Assembly: GCA_007695365.1 (NCBI GenBank)
Contig: REDV01000070.1
Coordinates: 13,546-77,545 of the forward strand
DNA from: Cryomorphaceae bacterium
GTDB lineage: Bacteria > Bacteroidota > Bacteroidia > Flavobacteriales_D > SKUL01
Length of the DNA stretch: 64,000 bases
Reading direction: 5' to 3'
In this document: positions 1-9,147 of the stretch, in pieces
How positions within the stretch are numbered: the first letter of the stretch is position 1
How the letters are laid out: each line of letters opens with the position of its first letter
Translations under genes and position numbers: made by a program
The notes under the pieces: generated by a model
The model's input: only the letters and a program-made list of their open reading frames with translations
Databases searched by the model: none
Told to the model about the DNA's origin: nothing

Positions 1-477
1 TCAAAACCCGTGCTCACTGATGGTTTGTTTGTCCTCGTCGCTCAGTTGAAGATCTCGTGCTGCTGCTTCGGGGCGCGGACGTGCAAATGCAAGCAGTGCC
101 ATTCCCACGAGGGCGATGGCCATAAATGATTTGTCCGCATAAATCATGAACCAGATGGTTGCGAACAATATGGCTCCTTCAAGACTTGCCCATCGAACAA
201 TCAATCCGGACTGATAATGCGTAAGTTTCTGCGTGAGATTGGGTGCCTGCCTGGCAACTTTCAGTATATTGTTGAAATACCACCAACCACCAAGGACTCC
301 GAAAGCCAGCAGGCCAACAGGTAGCGCAAAAAGAAGCGGGTCATCCACGCTGGCCGCATCAATTTCAGATGGGTGAAGAAACACAAAGCGCACCAAGGCA
401 AGAAACAAAATGGTGCCCATTAGCAGGACTCCATGAATGATGCGAAGTGATTGAAAATAAGAGCTTTTTCCTTCCAT
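1..477 (-). CDS. hypothetical integral membrane protein (about 4 TM helices)
   Basis: ORF track 1..483(-). Codon 481-483 is TTG and the first ATG is at 475-477. The stop complement is at 1-3. Four long hydrophobic segments; no family recognised. Confidence 0.5.
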   Translation of the reverse strand: MEGKSSYFQSLRIIHGVLLMGTILFLALVRFVFLHPSEIDAASVDDPLLFALPVGLLAFGVLGGWWYFNNILKVARQAPNLTQKLTHYQSGLIVRWASLEGAILFATIWFMIYADKSFMAIALVGMALLAFARPRPEAAARDLQLSDEDKQTISEHGF

Positions 478-487
478 TTTCAAAAGT

Positions 488-856
488 TTAGTCGCTAAAG
501 ATAAAATACACCGCCAAAACGAGGAAGAACAAACCGATTAAATGATTGGGCCGCAGTACCTCATTTTTGAAGAAAAGCAGAGAGAACAATACAAACACAA
601 TCAGTGTGATGACCTCTTGAATGACTTTGAGTTGAAGCAGCGAAAAGGGCCCTCCGTTGCCTTGATAGCCTATGCGATTGGCAGGGATGAGCAAGCTGTA
701 CTCAAAAAGGGCTATACCCCAACTAACAAGAATAATGGCCAGTAACCCCAGACTTTCCAGCCCCTTCAGGCTTTTGAACTTGAGATGACCGTACCAGGCC
801 ATGGTCATAAATGCGTTGGAGAAAATGAGCATAACAATGGTGTAGATTCCTTTCAT
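488..856 (-). CDS. small DMT-superfamily membrane protein (DUF486-like)
   Basis: ORF track 488..1009 trimmed to the ATG at 854-856 (MKGIYTIVML...). A -7 box complement at 878-885 and the gene at 934(+) both lie inside the longer ORF. Four TM segments. Confidence 0.6.
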   Translation of the reverse strand: MKGIYTIVMLIFSNAFMTMAWYGHLKFKSLKGLESLGLLAIILVSWGIALFEYSLLIPANRIGYQGNGGPFSLLQLKVIQEVITLIVFVLFSLLFFKNEVLRPNHLIGLFFLVLAVYFIFSD

Positions 857-877
857 GACGTGCTGATTGTATTGTGG

Positions 878-885
878 CAAATGTA
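878..885 (-). promoter_or_regulatory. Bacteroidota -7 promoter box (CAAATGTA = rc TACATTTG)
   Basis: Perfect TAnnTTTG on the minus strand, 22 nt upstream of ATG 856. Confidence 0.45.
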
Positions 886-933
886 CCTCGGACTCCTGCA
901 AAATCGCACAGGTGATTTCTGTATCTTCGGCGC

Positions 934-1374
934 ATGAAAAAATCAATTTGCATCCTGGGGTTTGCGTTGGCAGGTTTTGTGCTTTTTCAGGCCTGCGAAG
1001 AGCAATCACAACAAACAGAAACTGAGAAAACCGCTAAGTTCAAAATGGCCGAAGACAGTGAACTGGCCCTTTTGATGCGCCAGCTCACCGATGAAACCGA
1101 AGCTATACGTGAGGCAGTGATGGCCGGCGAGACCCATCCTCTTTGGAAAAGAGTTCAGGAACTGCACACAGCCATCCCTACCGACCCCGCAAGTTCAGGC
1201 CCCGTATTTCAGGGGTTTTCAGAGGCATTTATTGGTGCAGTGCGCGAAATGGAAGCAGCCGATTCGCTGGGAGTGAAGCATTTCAACGCTGTTATTGATC
1301 AATGTATGGACTGCCACTCTACATTTTGTCCGGGCCCGAAGAGACGTATCGCGAAGTTCTACATTTCGGAGTAG
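934..1374 (+). CDS. lipoprotein with a C-terminal CxxCH haem-c motif (class II cytochrome c-like, tentative)
   Basis: Signal plus lipobox-like MKKSICILGFALAGFVLFQAC. Helical body. A single CMDCH motif about 20 aa from the C-terminus. Confidence 0.45.
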   Translation: MKKSICILGFALAGFVLFQACEEQSQQTETEKTAKFKMAEDSELALLMRQLTDETEAIREAVMAGETHPLWKRVQELHTAIPTDPASSGPVFQGFSEAFIGAVREMEAADSLGVKHFNAVIDQCMDCHSTFCPGPKRRIAKFYISE

Positions 1375-1408
1375 AGCAGAGCTGACCAGCTCGGCTCAAG
1401 GCAAGTCC

Positions 1409-1416
1409 TATATTTG
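1409..1416 (+). promoter_or_regulatory. -7 promoter box TATATTTG
   Basis: Perfect TAnnTTTG, 25 nt upstream of ATG 1441. Confidence 0.45.
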
Positions 1417-1440
1417 TGAGATGAATCCAACTCGCAACCG

Positions 1441-3060
1441 ATGCCTTCATTTGTATTGAATCTACTCGCCAACAGGGCTTTTTGGGTGTTGTCGTTCTTC
1501 GGGGTGGTCATACTCACGGGAAATCATGCAGTAAGCTTGTGGGATCAGGACGAAGCTGCCTACGCGGGCTTTGGCCGCACCATGTTAGAAACAGGTAACT
1601 GGCTGATTCCAGAATTTATGTGGTCGGATGTGCACCGCAAGCCCCCGCTGCATTTTTGGTTGGTAGCGGTTTCGTTTAAGATTTTTGGTGTTCATGAGTT
1701 TGCGCTGAGAATTCCGTCGTCGCTTGCTATTTGGGGTACGCTACTGATGATGTATGTATTCGGAGGCAGGTTGGTTGGAGCGAGGCATGCCCTCACCGCC
1801 GTTTGTATTGCGGGTTCAAGCTTTTTACTGATGGCGCTGGCCAAGGTGGCGGTTACAGATGCCGTGTTGCTGTTTTTTACCACTTTGAGCGCGTTTTCCA
1901 TGGTATTTGTGCTCCGTGAGGGCTCTTTTAAGTGGGTGGCGCTGTTCTGGTTTGCTGTGGCGATGGCCATGCTCACCAAAGGCCCTCCGGTCATACTCTT
2001 CGCGGGCGTTTTCGGTGTATTACTGTTGGTGGCATCCCCTCAGCGATTGAACTTGTTGCGGCTCCATCCCTGGTTTTTTCTGCCCGTTACCATTCTTCCG
2101 CTTTTTGGCTGGGGCTGGTTGTGTTACCAAAGCGAGGAAGGAAGGGAATTTATTCAGTGGATGCTCGACTGGTACATTCTAAAACGAATTGGCGGCAGCG
2201 TGTTTGGGCAAACAGGCCCTCCCGGAACGCATTTCCTGGGCATGGTGTTGTTCTTCCTTCCGTTTGTATTGTTTTTGCCCCGGGCATTGGTGCGTGGTTT
2301 CCGATCGCTGTATCTCCGCACATGGAACAATGAATTGCTCATTTCCCTCTGGTTTATTGCGGGTTGGTTGCTGTTTGAGTTTACTCCCAGTAAGCTTCCG
2401 GCTTATGTGGTTGCCGCGCATATTCCGTTGTCTTTTATGCTGGCCGGAGCCTTGCTCAACCACAAAGATTCGGCTTCCAAACCCGGAACACCTTGGTGGG
2501 TAATGCATTACCTGTTGCAGTTTGTGGTGCTTGTAGCCCTTGCCGTTTTGCCGTTCTATCTGGATTTATCGGCGGGAACCAAAATGGTCTTTTTAGCAGT
2601 GATTTTATTCATTGCGGTACTACACATTTACAGCTTGACACACCTGAATAGGCCAACTTTTTTCGCATGGTTTTTAAAGGTGCCCATGGTGTTTGCGCTG
2701 CTGGTTTGGGGTTTGCTACTTCCCATTTCCGATGATTTGAAAAACAGCTCAATGCGAATTGCGAATTACCTCAGTGAGCAGCTTCCTGCTGAAGCCCCTG
2801 TGGTGATTGCCAACAATTGGTCGCATCCACCCAGTTTACCCTTTTATCTGACCGAATCTTTTCAAACCGTTTTTGAAGCCTACGATCCGGAAACACTTGT
2901 GCGCCATTATCATGAAAATGAGCACATCGCCATCATCCTCAACGAGGATGGTAAGTTGCATTTTGAGAAAGAGCTGCCCAATGTTGAGTTTTCAGCATTT
3001 TATCCTGTTTTTACCGACCGTCTTGACCAACCCGGGTACTTCGTCGTGGTGAAGAAGTAG
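1441..3060 (+). CDS. GT-C fold family 39 glycosyltransferase (ArnT / PMT-like, polyprenyl-phosphate-sugar dependent)
   Basis: 539 aa with more than 10 TM segments. The N-terminal loop reads WDQDEAAYAGFGRTMLETGNWLIPEF...HRKPPLHFWL, typical of the ArnT/PMT_2 family. Confidence 0.8.
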   Translation: MPSFVLNLLANRAFWVLSFFGVVILTGNHAVSLWDQDEAAYAGFGRTMLETGNWLIPEFMWSDVHRKPPLHFWLVAVSFKIFGVHEFALRIPSSLAIWGTLLMMYVFGGRLVGARHALTAVCIAGSSFLLMALAKVAVTDAVLLFFTTLSAFSMVFVLREGSFKWVALFWFAVAMAMLTKGPPVILFAGVFGVLLLVASPQRLNLLRLHPWFFLPVTILPLFGWGWLCYQSEEGREFIQWMLDWYILKRIGGSVFGQTGPPGTHFLGMVLFFLPFVLFLPRALVRGFRSLYLRTWNNELLISLWFIAGWLLFEFTPSKLPAYVVAAHIPLSFMLAGALLNHKDSASKPGTPWWVMHYLLQFVVLVALAVLPFYLDLSAGTKMVFLAVILFIAVLHIYSLTHLNRPTFFAWFLKVPMVFALLVWGLLLPISDDLKNSSMRIANYLSEQLPAEAPVVIANNWSHPPSLPFYLTESFQTVFEAYDPETLVRHYHENEHIAIILNEDGKLHFEKELPNVEFSAFYPVFTDRLDQPGYFVVVKK

Positions 3061-3155
3061 GAGAATTTTTTGCAGATTGGTTGGTGGTTTCGATTCTTTT
3101 CTATTTTTGTGTTGCCTAGGCTGTTAACCACTCTGTCAACTTTGGTGATTTTATC

Positions 3156-3569
3156 ATGAATGCCCCCGGAAATCGAGACTTGGGTTTTGCCACGGTGCAA
3201 TACGAGAATCGGATTGCTATTGTACATGTCAGTCGCGATGTTCAGCTTACTGCAGAGATGGTTCGCAATATTCAACTTGAAGCGCTTGAGATGTCTGGCG
3301 GTGAAATGCACGCACACCTTGTGGATGTTTCGCGCGACGTTTCCTCTACGGTTGAGGCCCGCAAGTATTCAGCGAAGAATGAACTTATGAAGCATCACAT
3401 TGCTTATGCGATGGTGGGTCGATCACTTCCAGTTCGTATTCTGGCCAACTCATTCATCAAAATCAACAGGCCAAAAGTGCCAACACGGCTTTTCCGCACG
3501 GAAAAAGAAGCCAGGGAATGGTTGAAAAATAAGATTGCGGCTTATCTGGCCAAAAACCAGCCTAGTTAA
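3156..3569 (+). CDS. hypothetical cytoplasmic protein
   Basis: 137-aa ORF with an ATG start. No TM segments and no motif I can name securely. Confidence 0.45.
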   Translation: MNAPGNRDLGFATVQYENRIAIVHVSRDVQLTAEMVRNIQLEALEMSGGEMHAHLVDVSRDVSSTVEARKYSAKNELMKHHIAYAMVGRSLPVRILANSFIKINRPKVPTRLFRTEKEAREWLKNKIAAYLAKNQPS

Positions 3570-3972
3570 TTACCACGGACGATTCGCGCATTTTCCACTC
3601 GTTGTTTTCGCGGTACAATTGAGCATCCAAAACGGCACCTTTCACCAAATACACCATCTGAACGATGGCCTCATTATCCCGAATGTCGAGAACGCGCACA
3701 TCAAAAAATCGGTCGTTACCGGCACTTACCAAGGCATCTCTGTTTTCAACCCTGAATGTGGAGTGATTGGTATAATCACCGGTGAGCTTCACATCACCAT
3801 ACGCGGCCAGCACCCATGGTTCGGTGCTTGCTTCCGAAGAAAGATCAGTAGCAGGCTTCCAGTATTCAGCGTTTAAGCATAGATCCAGAATTTGGGCTTT
3901 GTGTTGGCTTTGCTGTGCATAAGACAAGGAAACTGTCAGAAGGAGGATAACGGCGGCGGCAATAGGCTTCAT
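3562..3972 (-). CDS. secreted hypothetical protein
   Basis: ORF 3562..4008 trimmed to the ATG at 3970-3972, giving the signal peptide MKPIAAAVILLLTVSLSYAQ. Confidence 0.5.
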   Translation of the reverse strand: MKPIAAAVILLLTVSLSYAQQSQHKAQILDLCLNAEYWKPATDLSSEASTEPWVLAAYGDVKLTGDYTNHSTFRVENRDALVSAGNDRFFDVRVLDIRDNEAIVQMVYLVKGAVLDAQLYRENNEWKMRESSVVIN

Positions 3973-4014
3973 GGGTTGGTTTTGAAGAGTGTTGTACAAA
4001 TGTAACATTTGAGG

Positions 4015-5280
4015 CTACAAATTCCAAAGGTAAAGCAGGCTGAAACCCGTTAAAAAAGCTATTCCGGCATAACTCAGCAGGCGCATGGTTAATCCCGGCC
4101 GGGCTTCGTAGGGAAAATCTGCACGGGTCACCAGCCGCAGATTTACGATTGCAATGAGGGGTGCAACCAGAAAGGAAAGCGTAGTGGCCACATCTACCAG
4201 TGCTTTAAGCTGATTACCAAACCAGGCAATGACCCCAAATGCCCCCAGGGCGATGGTGAGCAATCCAATCACATATACCTTTCGTCCTTTGTGCATTCGG
4301 TTTTGAAGCTCAGGAGAATCTGCTAAAAGCCATAAGGTTCGTTCAAGGGCACGGGCAAAGCCATCAAGCACGCCAATCACAGTTCCGAACATGATAGAAA
4401 ATGCTGCAGTGGCAATGAGGTAATAACTCCATCCACCCATCGCTGCGGTGTAAAGTTCAATGACGCGCTTTGAAAACGCTGCGGAACCCTCTGGCATTTC
4501 CTTACCGGTGCCAAACACAAGGTAGGCGCCCAGCGTAAGAAAACACACCGCAAGGATGGCTGAAAGCCAGTATCCGATGTGAAACTCGAGTAATGTGGCT
4601 CGCAATGAGGGCTTGAAACCGCTGCTTCGGATGCGCTCCAGTGTCCAAAGGCTGTTCCATGTTGAGAGGTCAACCGCCGTTGGCATCCATCCCATCAAGG
4701 CAATCAGAAAAGCAATGCCGGCGGGTTCCCAAACCGAAGATGCCTGAAAATCAATGACAGGGGTGGCGCGGCCGTTTTTCAAGACCAGCACAAAGGCAAC
4801 GAGCGTGGTAATGACCATCATGCTGCCCACAATCTTGATGGTCTTATCCAGCATTTTGTACTGACCCCAAATCAGGATGAATAGGCAAAGCGCAATAAGC
4901 AAGGCAACAGGGTAGAGAGGAAATCCTTTCCACCAATCGCTCAGCCCAAAGAGGTGGTCAAAAAAACCGGCTCCAACTGCACTTACAGCGGCTGCAACAA
5001 AAAACATGGAGCCAATGGTAACGGCTAAATAGAGCCAAAGCATTCCTTTGCCGATGCGCTTGTAACCGTCAATCAGACTCTCTCCGGTTGCGCTTGCGTA
5101 GCGGGAGCCAAACTCAAAAAAGGGAAATTTCAGCACATTGGCAGCTACAACGGCCCACAGCAGTGTAAAGCCGTAGTCAGCACCTGCGCGGGTACTTTGC
5201 ACAAGGTGCGACACCCCAATGGCCGTTGAGGCAAAAAGAATTCCGGGGCCAAGTGTACGGAGAACAGTGTACAGTTTCAC
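4015..5280 (-). CDS. Nramp-family transporter, divergent metal-site residues
   Basis: 421 aa with 11-12 TM segments and an Nramp-like N-terminus (LGPGILFASTAIGVSHLVQSTRAGADYGF). GTG start at 5278-5280. Confidence 0.75.
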   Translation of the reverse strand: MKLYTVLRTLGPGILFASTAIGVSHLVQSTRAGADYGFTLLWAVVAANVLKFPFFEFGSRYASATGESLIDGYKRIGKGMLWLYLAVTIGSMFFVAAAVSAVGAGFFDHLFGLSDWWKGFPLYPVALLIALCLFILIWGQYKMLDKTIKIVGSMMVITTLVAFVLVLKNGRATPVIDFQASSVWEPAGIAFLIALMGWMPTAVDLSTWNSLWTLERIRSSGFKPSLRATLLEFHIGYWLSAILAVCFLTLGAYLVFGTGKEMPEGSAAFSKRVIELYTAAMGGWSYYLIATAAFSIMFGTVIGVLDGFARALERTLWLLADSPELQNRMHKGRKVYVIGLLTIALGAFGVIAWFGNQLKALVDVATTLSFLVAPLIAIVNLRLVTRADFPYEARPGLTMRLLSYAGIAFLTGFSLLYLWNL

Positions 5281-5312
5281 CTTAAGATGGTTTCAAGGCA
5301 ATCTGCGCTAAA

Positions 5313-6290
5313 CTAAAACGAATTTTTGGCTTCCACAGAATAACCGCTGGTTTCTTTTCTGCCAATAAGCTTGCTCGATAGGTACAGTGACAACCTGCTG
5401 AACTGACGCAGGAATATTAAACCCACTACAGCCAGAATCAGGTTGAACAAGAGGTGGGCAACCGCCACCTGGTAGGTGATTTCAAGCTGCAGGTTTTGAA
5501 TGAACTGAACAAACACTGGAAGAAACGGAACAAAAAGAATCAACCCCAGCAAGTTGAGCAGCAGGTTGGCAAAAGCCGCTTTTTTGGCCCACGACGAAAG
5601 TGAAATGGACGCCAGCAATGCAGTGCTGGTGGTTCCGAGATTTGATCCCACCACAATCGCAATGGCGCCCGGGAGCCCCAACAATCCCTGGCCGGCCAGA
5701 ATAATGGCCAAACCAATCGTAACTGAACTTGATTGCATCATGGCCGTAACCACGGCACCAATCAGGAGTCCAAGCGCGAGTTTGTCGGCTTGTTTCAGCC
5801 ACAACAAAATTTCGGGCGATTCGCTCAATGGCGCCAACCCGTTTTTAATCAACTCGAGGCTAAACAAAATAAAACCTAGATAGAAAACCGATTTCCCTAC
5901 CAGCTTAATACGCATCGGAACAAGTGTAATAATCATGCCTGCCACAAGCAGCCAGCTACCCAAAAAACTCAGCTCAAACGCCACCAACCAGGCGGTAAAA
6001 GAGGTTCCCACCTTAGCACCAAGCAGCACGCCCAGACTGTTGAAAAACCCAATCACACCTGCATCAACGAGGGCAACAGTGATTGACGACACTACACTGC
6101 TCGATTGGATGATCGCAGTAACGACGGCACCCAAAAGAAATGCAGAAAAACGGTTGGAGGTCACCTTGGTAAGCCATCGCTGAAGATTTTCCGCGCCAAG
6201 TTTCTGTAGCTCTTTCGAAAAACCTTTCAGGCTGAAGAGAAACAGCGAAATGGTGGCCAGAATGGCTATGACAGTATTAAACGTATCCAT
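5313..6290 (-). CDS. Na+/phosphate cotransporter family protein (NptA-like)
   Basis: Duplicated QSSS motif (IIQSSSVVSSITVAL and MMQSSSVTIGLAI), polytopic. The ORF start at 6329 is TTG; I prefer the ATG at 6288-6290. Confidence 0.75.
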   Translation of the reverse strand: MDTFNTVIAILATISLFLFSLKGFSKELQKLGAENLQRWLTKVTSNRFSAFLLGAVVTAIIQSSSVVSSITVALVDAGVIGFFNSLGVLLGAKVGTSFTAWLVAFELSFLGSWLLVAGMIITLVPMRIKLVGKSVFYLGFILFSLELIKNGLAPLSESPEILLWLKQADKLALGLLIGAVVTAMMQSSSVTIGLAIILAGQGLLGLPGAIAIVVGSNLGTTSTALLASISLSSWAKKAAFANLLLNLLGLILFVPFLPVFVQFIQNLQLEITYQVAVAHLLFNLILAVVGLIFLRQFSRLSLYLSSKLIGRKETSGYSVEAKNSF

Positions 6291-6372
6291 GGGTGAACGA
6301 GTGCGGTGCCAGCCACCAAAACTATGCAAACTGCCGCATTTCAGGCAGCAAATTCATGAGTTTAGGGAAATA

Positions 6373-6834
6373 CTACCTGAAAACTTCAGCGTCTTCAAGT
6401 ATGTAATTGAGCTGATAGATGTCGGTGGTGTTGGTGCGAAACACCCCTTTAAACGTCAAGCGCTCATCGGTTTTGAAGCGTCTGTGTCCTGCTTTCAATT
6501 GCAAATCAACCACCGATTCGGGCCCCGCACCCCCGCAAAAAAAGCAAGCTGCAAAGGGAAATGCAGAAAGTACATAATAGTCGTCATCGTAGTCAACCGG
6601 AATTACATAGCCTGAAATCTTTACCATTCTCCCTTCCATGTCCAGCACCTTGGGGCCAAAAGTGGGATAATAGTAGTACAGATCGTACTCCTCCAGGTAA
6701 ACATCCTTAAATGAAACGTCGGCCAGCGTATTCCATGTCAGTTCGGCCACTTGAGCAGACAATTTACCGGGCTGTGTAAACAGGGCCACAAATAACACGG
6801 GAACAAGGAGAAGGTGTTGAAAAACGGTTTTCAT
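6373..6834 (-). CDS. secreted DUF3299-like protein
   Basis: Trimmed to the ATG at 6832-6834, giving the signal peptide MKTVFQHLLLVPVLFVALFT...SAQ. Contains SGYVIPVDYDDDYYVLSAFPFAACFFCGG. Confidence 0.5.
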   Translation of the reverse strand: MKTVFQHLLLVPVLFVALFTQPGKLSAQVAELTWNTLADVSFKDVYLEEYDLYYYYPTFGPKVLDMEGRMVKISGYVIPVDYDDDYYVLSAFPFAACFFCGGAGPESVVDLQLKAGHRRFKTDERLTFKGVFRTNTTDIYQLNYILEDAEVFR

Positions 6835-6976
6835 ACAATGCAGGTATTCTTTTTTGGTTGCCATCAGGCAATTTTCGAACCACAAATGTACAAACGATTA
6901 GGGTGCGTTTTTCCCGATTACAGCCCGACATTCCCAACAGTGCTTTTTCTTACCTTGGCCGCACCAATCCCAAAGC

Positions 6977-8182
6977 TTGTCTCTAACAGTCATTATTCTC
7001 GGAGCTTCGCCTTTTATTGTTCCCTTGATTCAAGCGGCCAAAAGGCGCGGTTTTCGGACGTTGGTATGCAGCAATCTTCCCGATGATCCCGGTTTGCGGG
7101 AAGCCGATGAACCGCACCTGATCAGTATTCTCGATGATGCAGCCCTTCTCCAAATCGCGAAGGAAAACAATCCCGTGGCTGTGTTGTCTGCTGCTTCAGA
7201 TTTAGGTATTCACGCCGCGTCTGTTTTAAACAAATCGCTGAACCTTCCGGGTATTCGACCCGAGCAGGTGGAAGCGGTGAGCGACAAAGGGCGTTTCCAT
7301 CAATTGCAACAAAGTTTGGGTCTGCCTGCGCCTGACTGCGTGGAAGTTGCAACCAAATCACTGCCGCCGGCCTCGCATTTCGAATCCGTGGGATATCCGG
7401 CCATCGTGAAACCATTCTTCGCGTCAGGCAGCAGGGGTGTTGCGCGTGTCAACCAATATCAGGACCTGGAGGCTAAGCATAGCGCGGCCTATGAACAATC
7501 GTCCGGCCGAAAGGGCTATGTTTTTCAGCAATTTCTTGAAGGCTACCAGGAGGTAGGATGTGAAGCCATGATTATCAACGGTAAAGTTGAGTTTCTTGAA
7601 AGCACACACAAGTTCACCAATGCGCATCATGCTCCTGTTGGGCATTGCGTACCGGGCCCGCTCAATCCAGAACAACTTCAACATGTTTCAAATCAGGTTA
7701 GTGCTATTGCTGCGCATCTTGGTGTTGAGCAGTCGCCGGTAAATCTCGATATTATGCTCAAAGCCGGAACAGAGCCTGTTATTATAGACATGGGTTTCAG
7801 ATTGGGCGGAAACCTTTTGCCGCGTGTAATGGCAGAGGCCTTTGGATTCAATCCTTACGATTACGTTGTACGCATGGCCACCGAAAGCGAACTTGAAGTG
7901 CCTGACCGATCTGCTAGCAAAGGTTTTGTGGGGAGCTTGATTTTTGGAAGTTTACAACAACAGATATTTACACAGGAGATGAAAGATGCTCTCCTTGAAT
8001 GCGTAGCATCCCATGCTGTAGAATGTGTTTTCGACCAGGAGCCTGGCGAAGAGCTGCCTGTTTTTACGCAAGGAAGTTGTCGTTTCGGGCATGCTTTGGT
8101 ACGCACTTCCACTTTGGCGGAATATGTACATTTGCTCGACAAGGTCAATGGCATCATCGCACACGGTGTTACCCCTGACTAA
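6977..8182 (+). CDS. ATP-grasp domain enzyme (carboxylate-amine ligase type)
   Basis: TTG start. N-terminal Rossmann-like VIILGASPF..AAKRRGF, then GYPAIVKP..ASGSRGV and a C-terminal ATP-grasp core. First gene of the coupled operon. Confidence 0.7.
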   Translation: MSLTVIILGASPFIVPLIQAAKRRGFRTLVCSNLPDDPGLREADEPHLISILDDAALLQIAKENNPVAVLSAASDLGIHAASVLNKSLNLPGIRPEQVEAVSDKGRFHQLQQSLGLPAPDCVEVATKSLPPASHFESVGYPAIVKPFFASGSRGVARVNQYQDLEAKHSAAYEQSSGRKGYVFQQFLEGYQEVGCEAMIINGKVEFLESTHKFTNAHHAPVGHCVPGPLNPEQLQHVSNQVSAIAAHLGVEQSPVNLDIMLKAGTEPVIIDMGFRLGGNLLPRVMAEAFGFNPYDYVVRMATESELEVPDRSASKGFVGSLIFGSLQQQIFTQEMKDALLECVASHAVECVFDQEPGEELPVFTQGSCRFGHALVRTSTLAEYVHLLDKVNGIIAHGVTPD

Positions 8183-8193
8183 AACGCCTAATA

Positions 8194-9147
8194 ATGAAAC
8201 TGTCAGTTGTGATACCGGTTTATGGCTCAGAAACTATCCTTCCTGAGTTGCACCGGCGATTGACGCAAGTGCTCAACAATCACTTTCCCGATTACGAAAT
8301 CATCATGGTGGATGATTGCGGCCCCGGCAATACATGGGGGGTCATCAAACAATTGAGTCAATCAGATCAGCGATTGCGGGGTATTCAATTGATGCGTAAT
8401 TCAGGTCAGGGCAACGCTACTCTTTGCGGTATTGCTCAATCAACCGGCGATCGGGTGGTCACCATGGATGACGATTTACAGCATCCGCCCGAAGAAATTC
8501 CACGGCTTTTGCAACACCTGCTGGACAATGACCACCTCGACGTGGTACTTGCAAAACCCATCGAAAAGAAGCATAATTTTTTTCGCAGATTGGGAAGTTC
8601 TGCTGTGAATCGCATGAACGCCATGTTCCTTCAAAAAGACGTTCATCTCCGTTTTACTTCATTTCGATTCATGACCCGTGCGGTATGTGATCAACTTGTG
8701 CGCATCAACAGACCCTATCCTTCATTGGGACCCATGATATTTTCCGTGACACGGCGGATTGAAAATGTAGAATTTCAGCATGCAGAGCGCGCTGAGGGAA
8801 AAAGCACCTATTCGTTTTCGAGCATTTTCAGACTTACAATGAACAACTTTATCGGTTACTCCATGCTGCCGCTGAGGGTACTGGCGTTTATCGGCGGCGT
8901 GGGTATCTTGCTCAGCATTCTGCTTGGGCTGTATTTCCTGCTGCGGTATTTCATTATTGGAGTTGAAACCACCGGTTGGACCTCCTTGATGCTGGTACTT
9001 GTATCCGTATCGGGTTTTAACTTTTTTGCCTTTGCCATTATTGGAGAGTACGTGCTGAGAATCATGCATATTTCAACATCAACACCCCGCTACACCATCC
9101 GTAAGGAGTCGGGTGCAACGAAAACGCCAAAAGAAGAATCGCATTGA
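8194..9147 (+). CDS. GT2 polyprenyl-phosphate glycosyltransferase (ArnC / GtrB / DPM1-like)
   Basis: SVVIPVYGSE...IIMVDDCGPG...TMDDDLQHPPEE, followed by two C-terminal TM helices. Confidence 0.8.
   Translation: MKLSVVIPVYGSETILPELHRRLTQVLNNHFPDYEIIMVDDCGPGNTWGVIKQLSQSDQRLRGIQLMRNSGQGNATLCGIAQSTGDRVVTMDDDLQHPPEEIPRLLQHLLDNDHLDVVLAKPIEKKHNFFRRLGSSAVNRMNAMFLQKDVHLRFTSFRFMTRAVCDQLVRINRPYPSLGPMIFSVTRRIENVEFQHAERAEGKSTYSFSSIFRLTMNNFIGYSMLPLRVLAFIGGVGILLSILLGLYFLLRYFIIGVETTGWTSLMLVLVSVSGFNFFAFAIIGEYVLRIMHISTSTPRYTIRKESGATKTPKEESH

Noticed and set aside
1421-1459. 12-codon upstream ORF overlapping the GT39 start
   Set aside because: An ATG at 1421 opens a short out-of-frame ORF. With no conservation data, it is indistinguishable from chance.
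5281-5312. Metal riboswitch (yybP-ykoY type) ahead of the Nramp gene
   Set aside because: Only 32 nt separate it from the upstream gene, which is too short for such an element.
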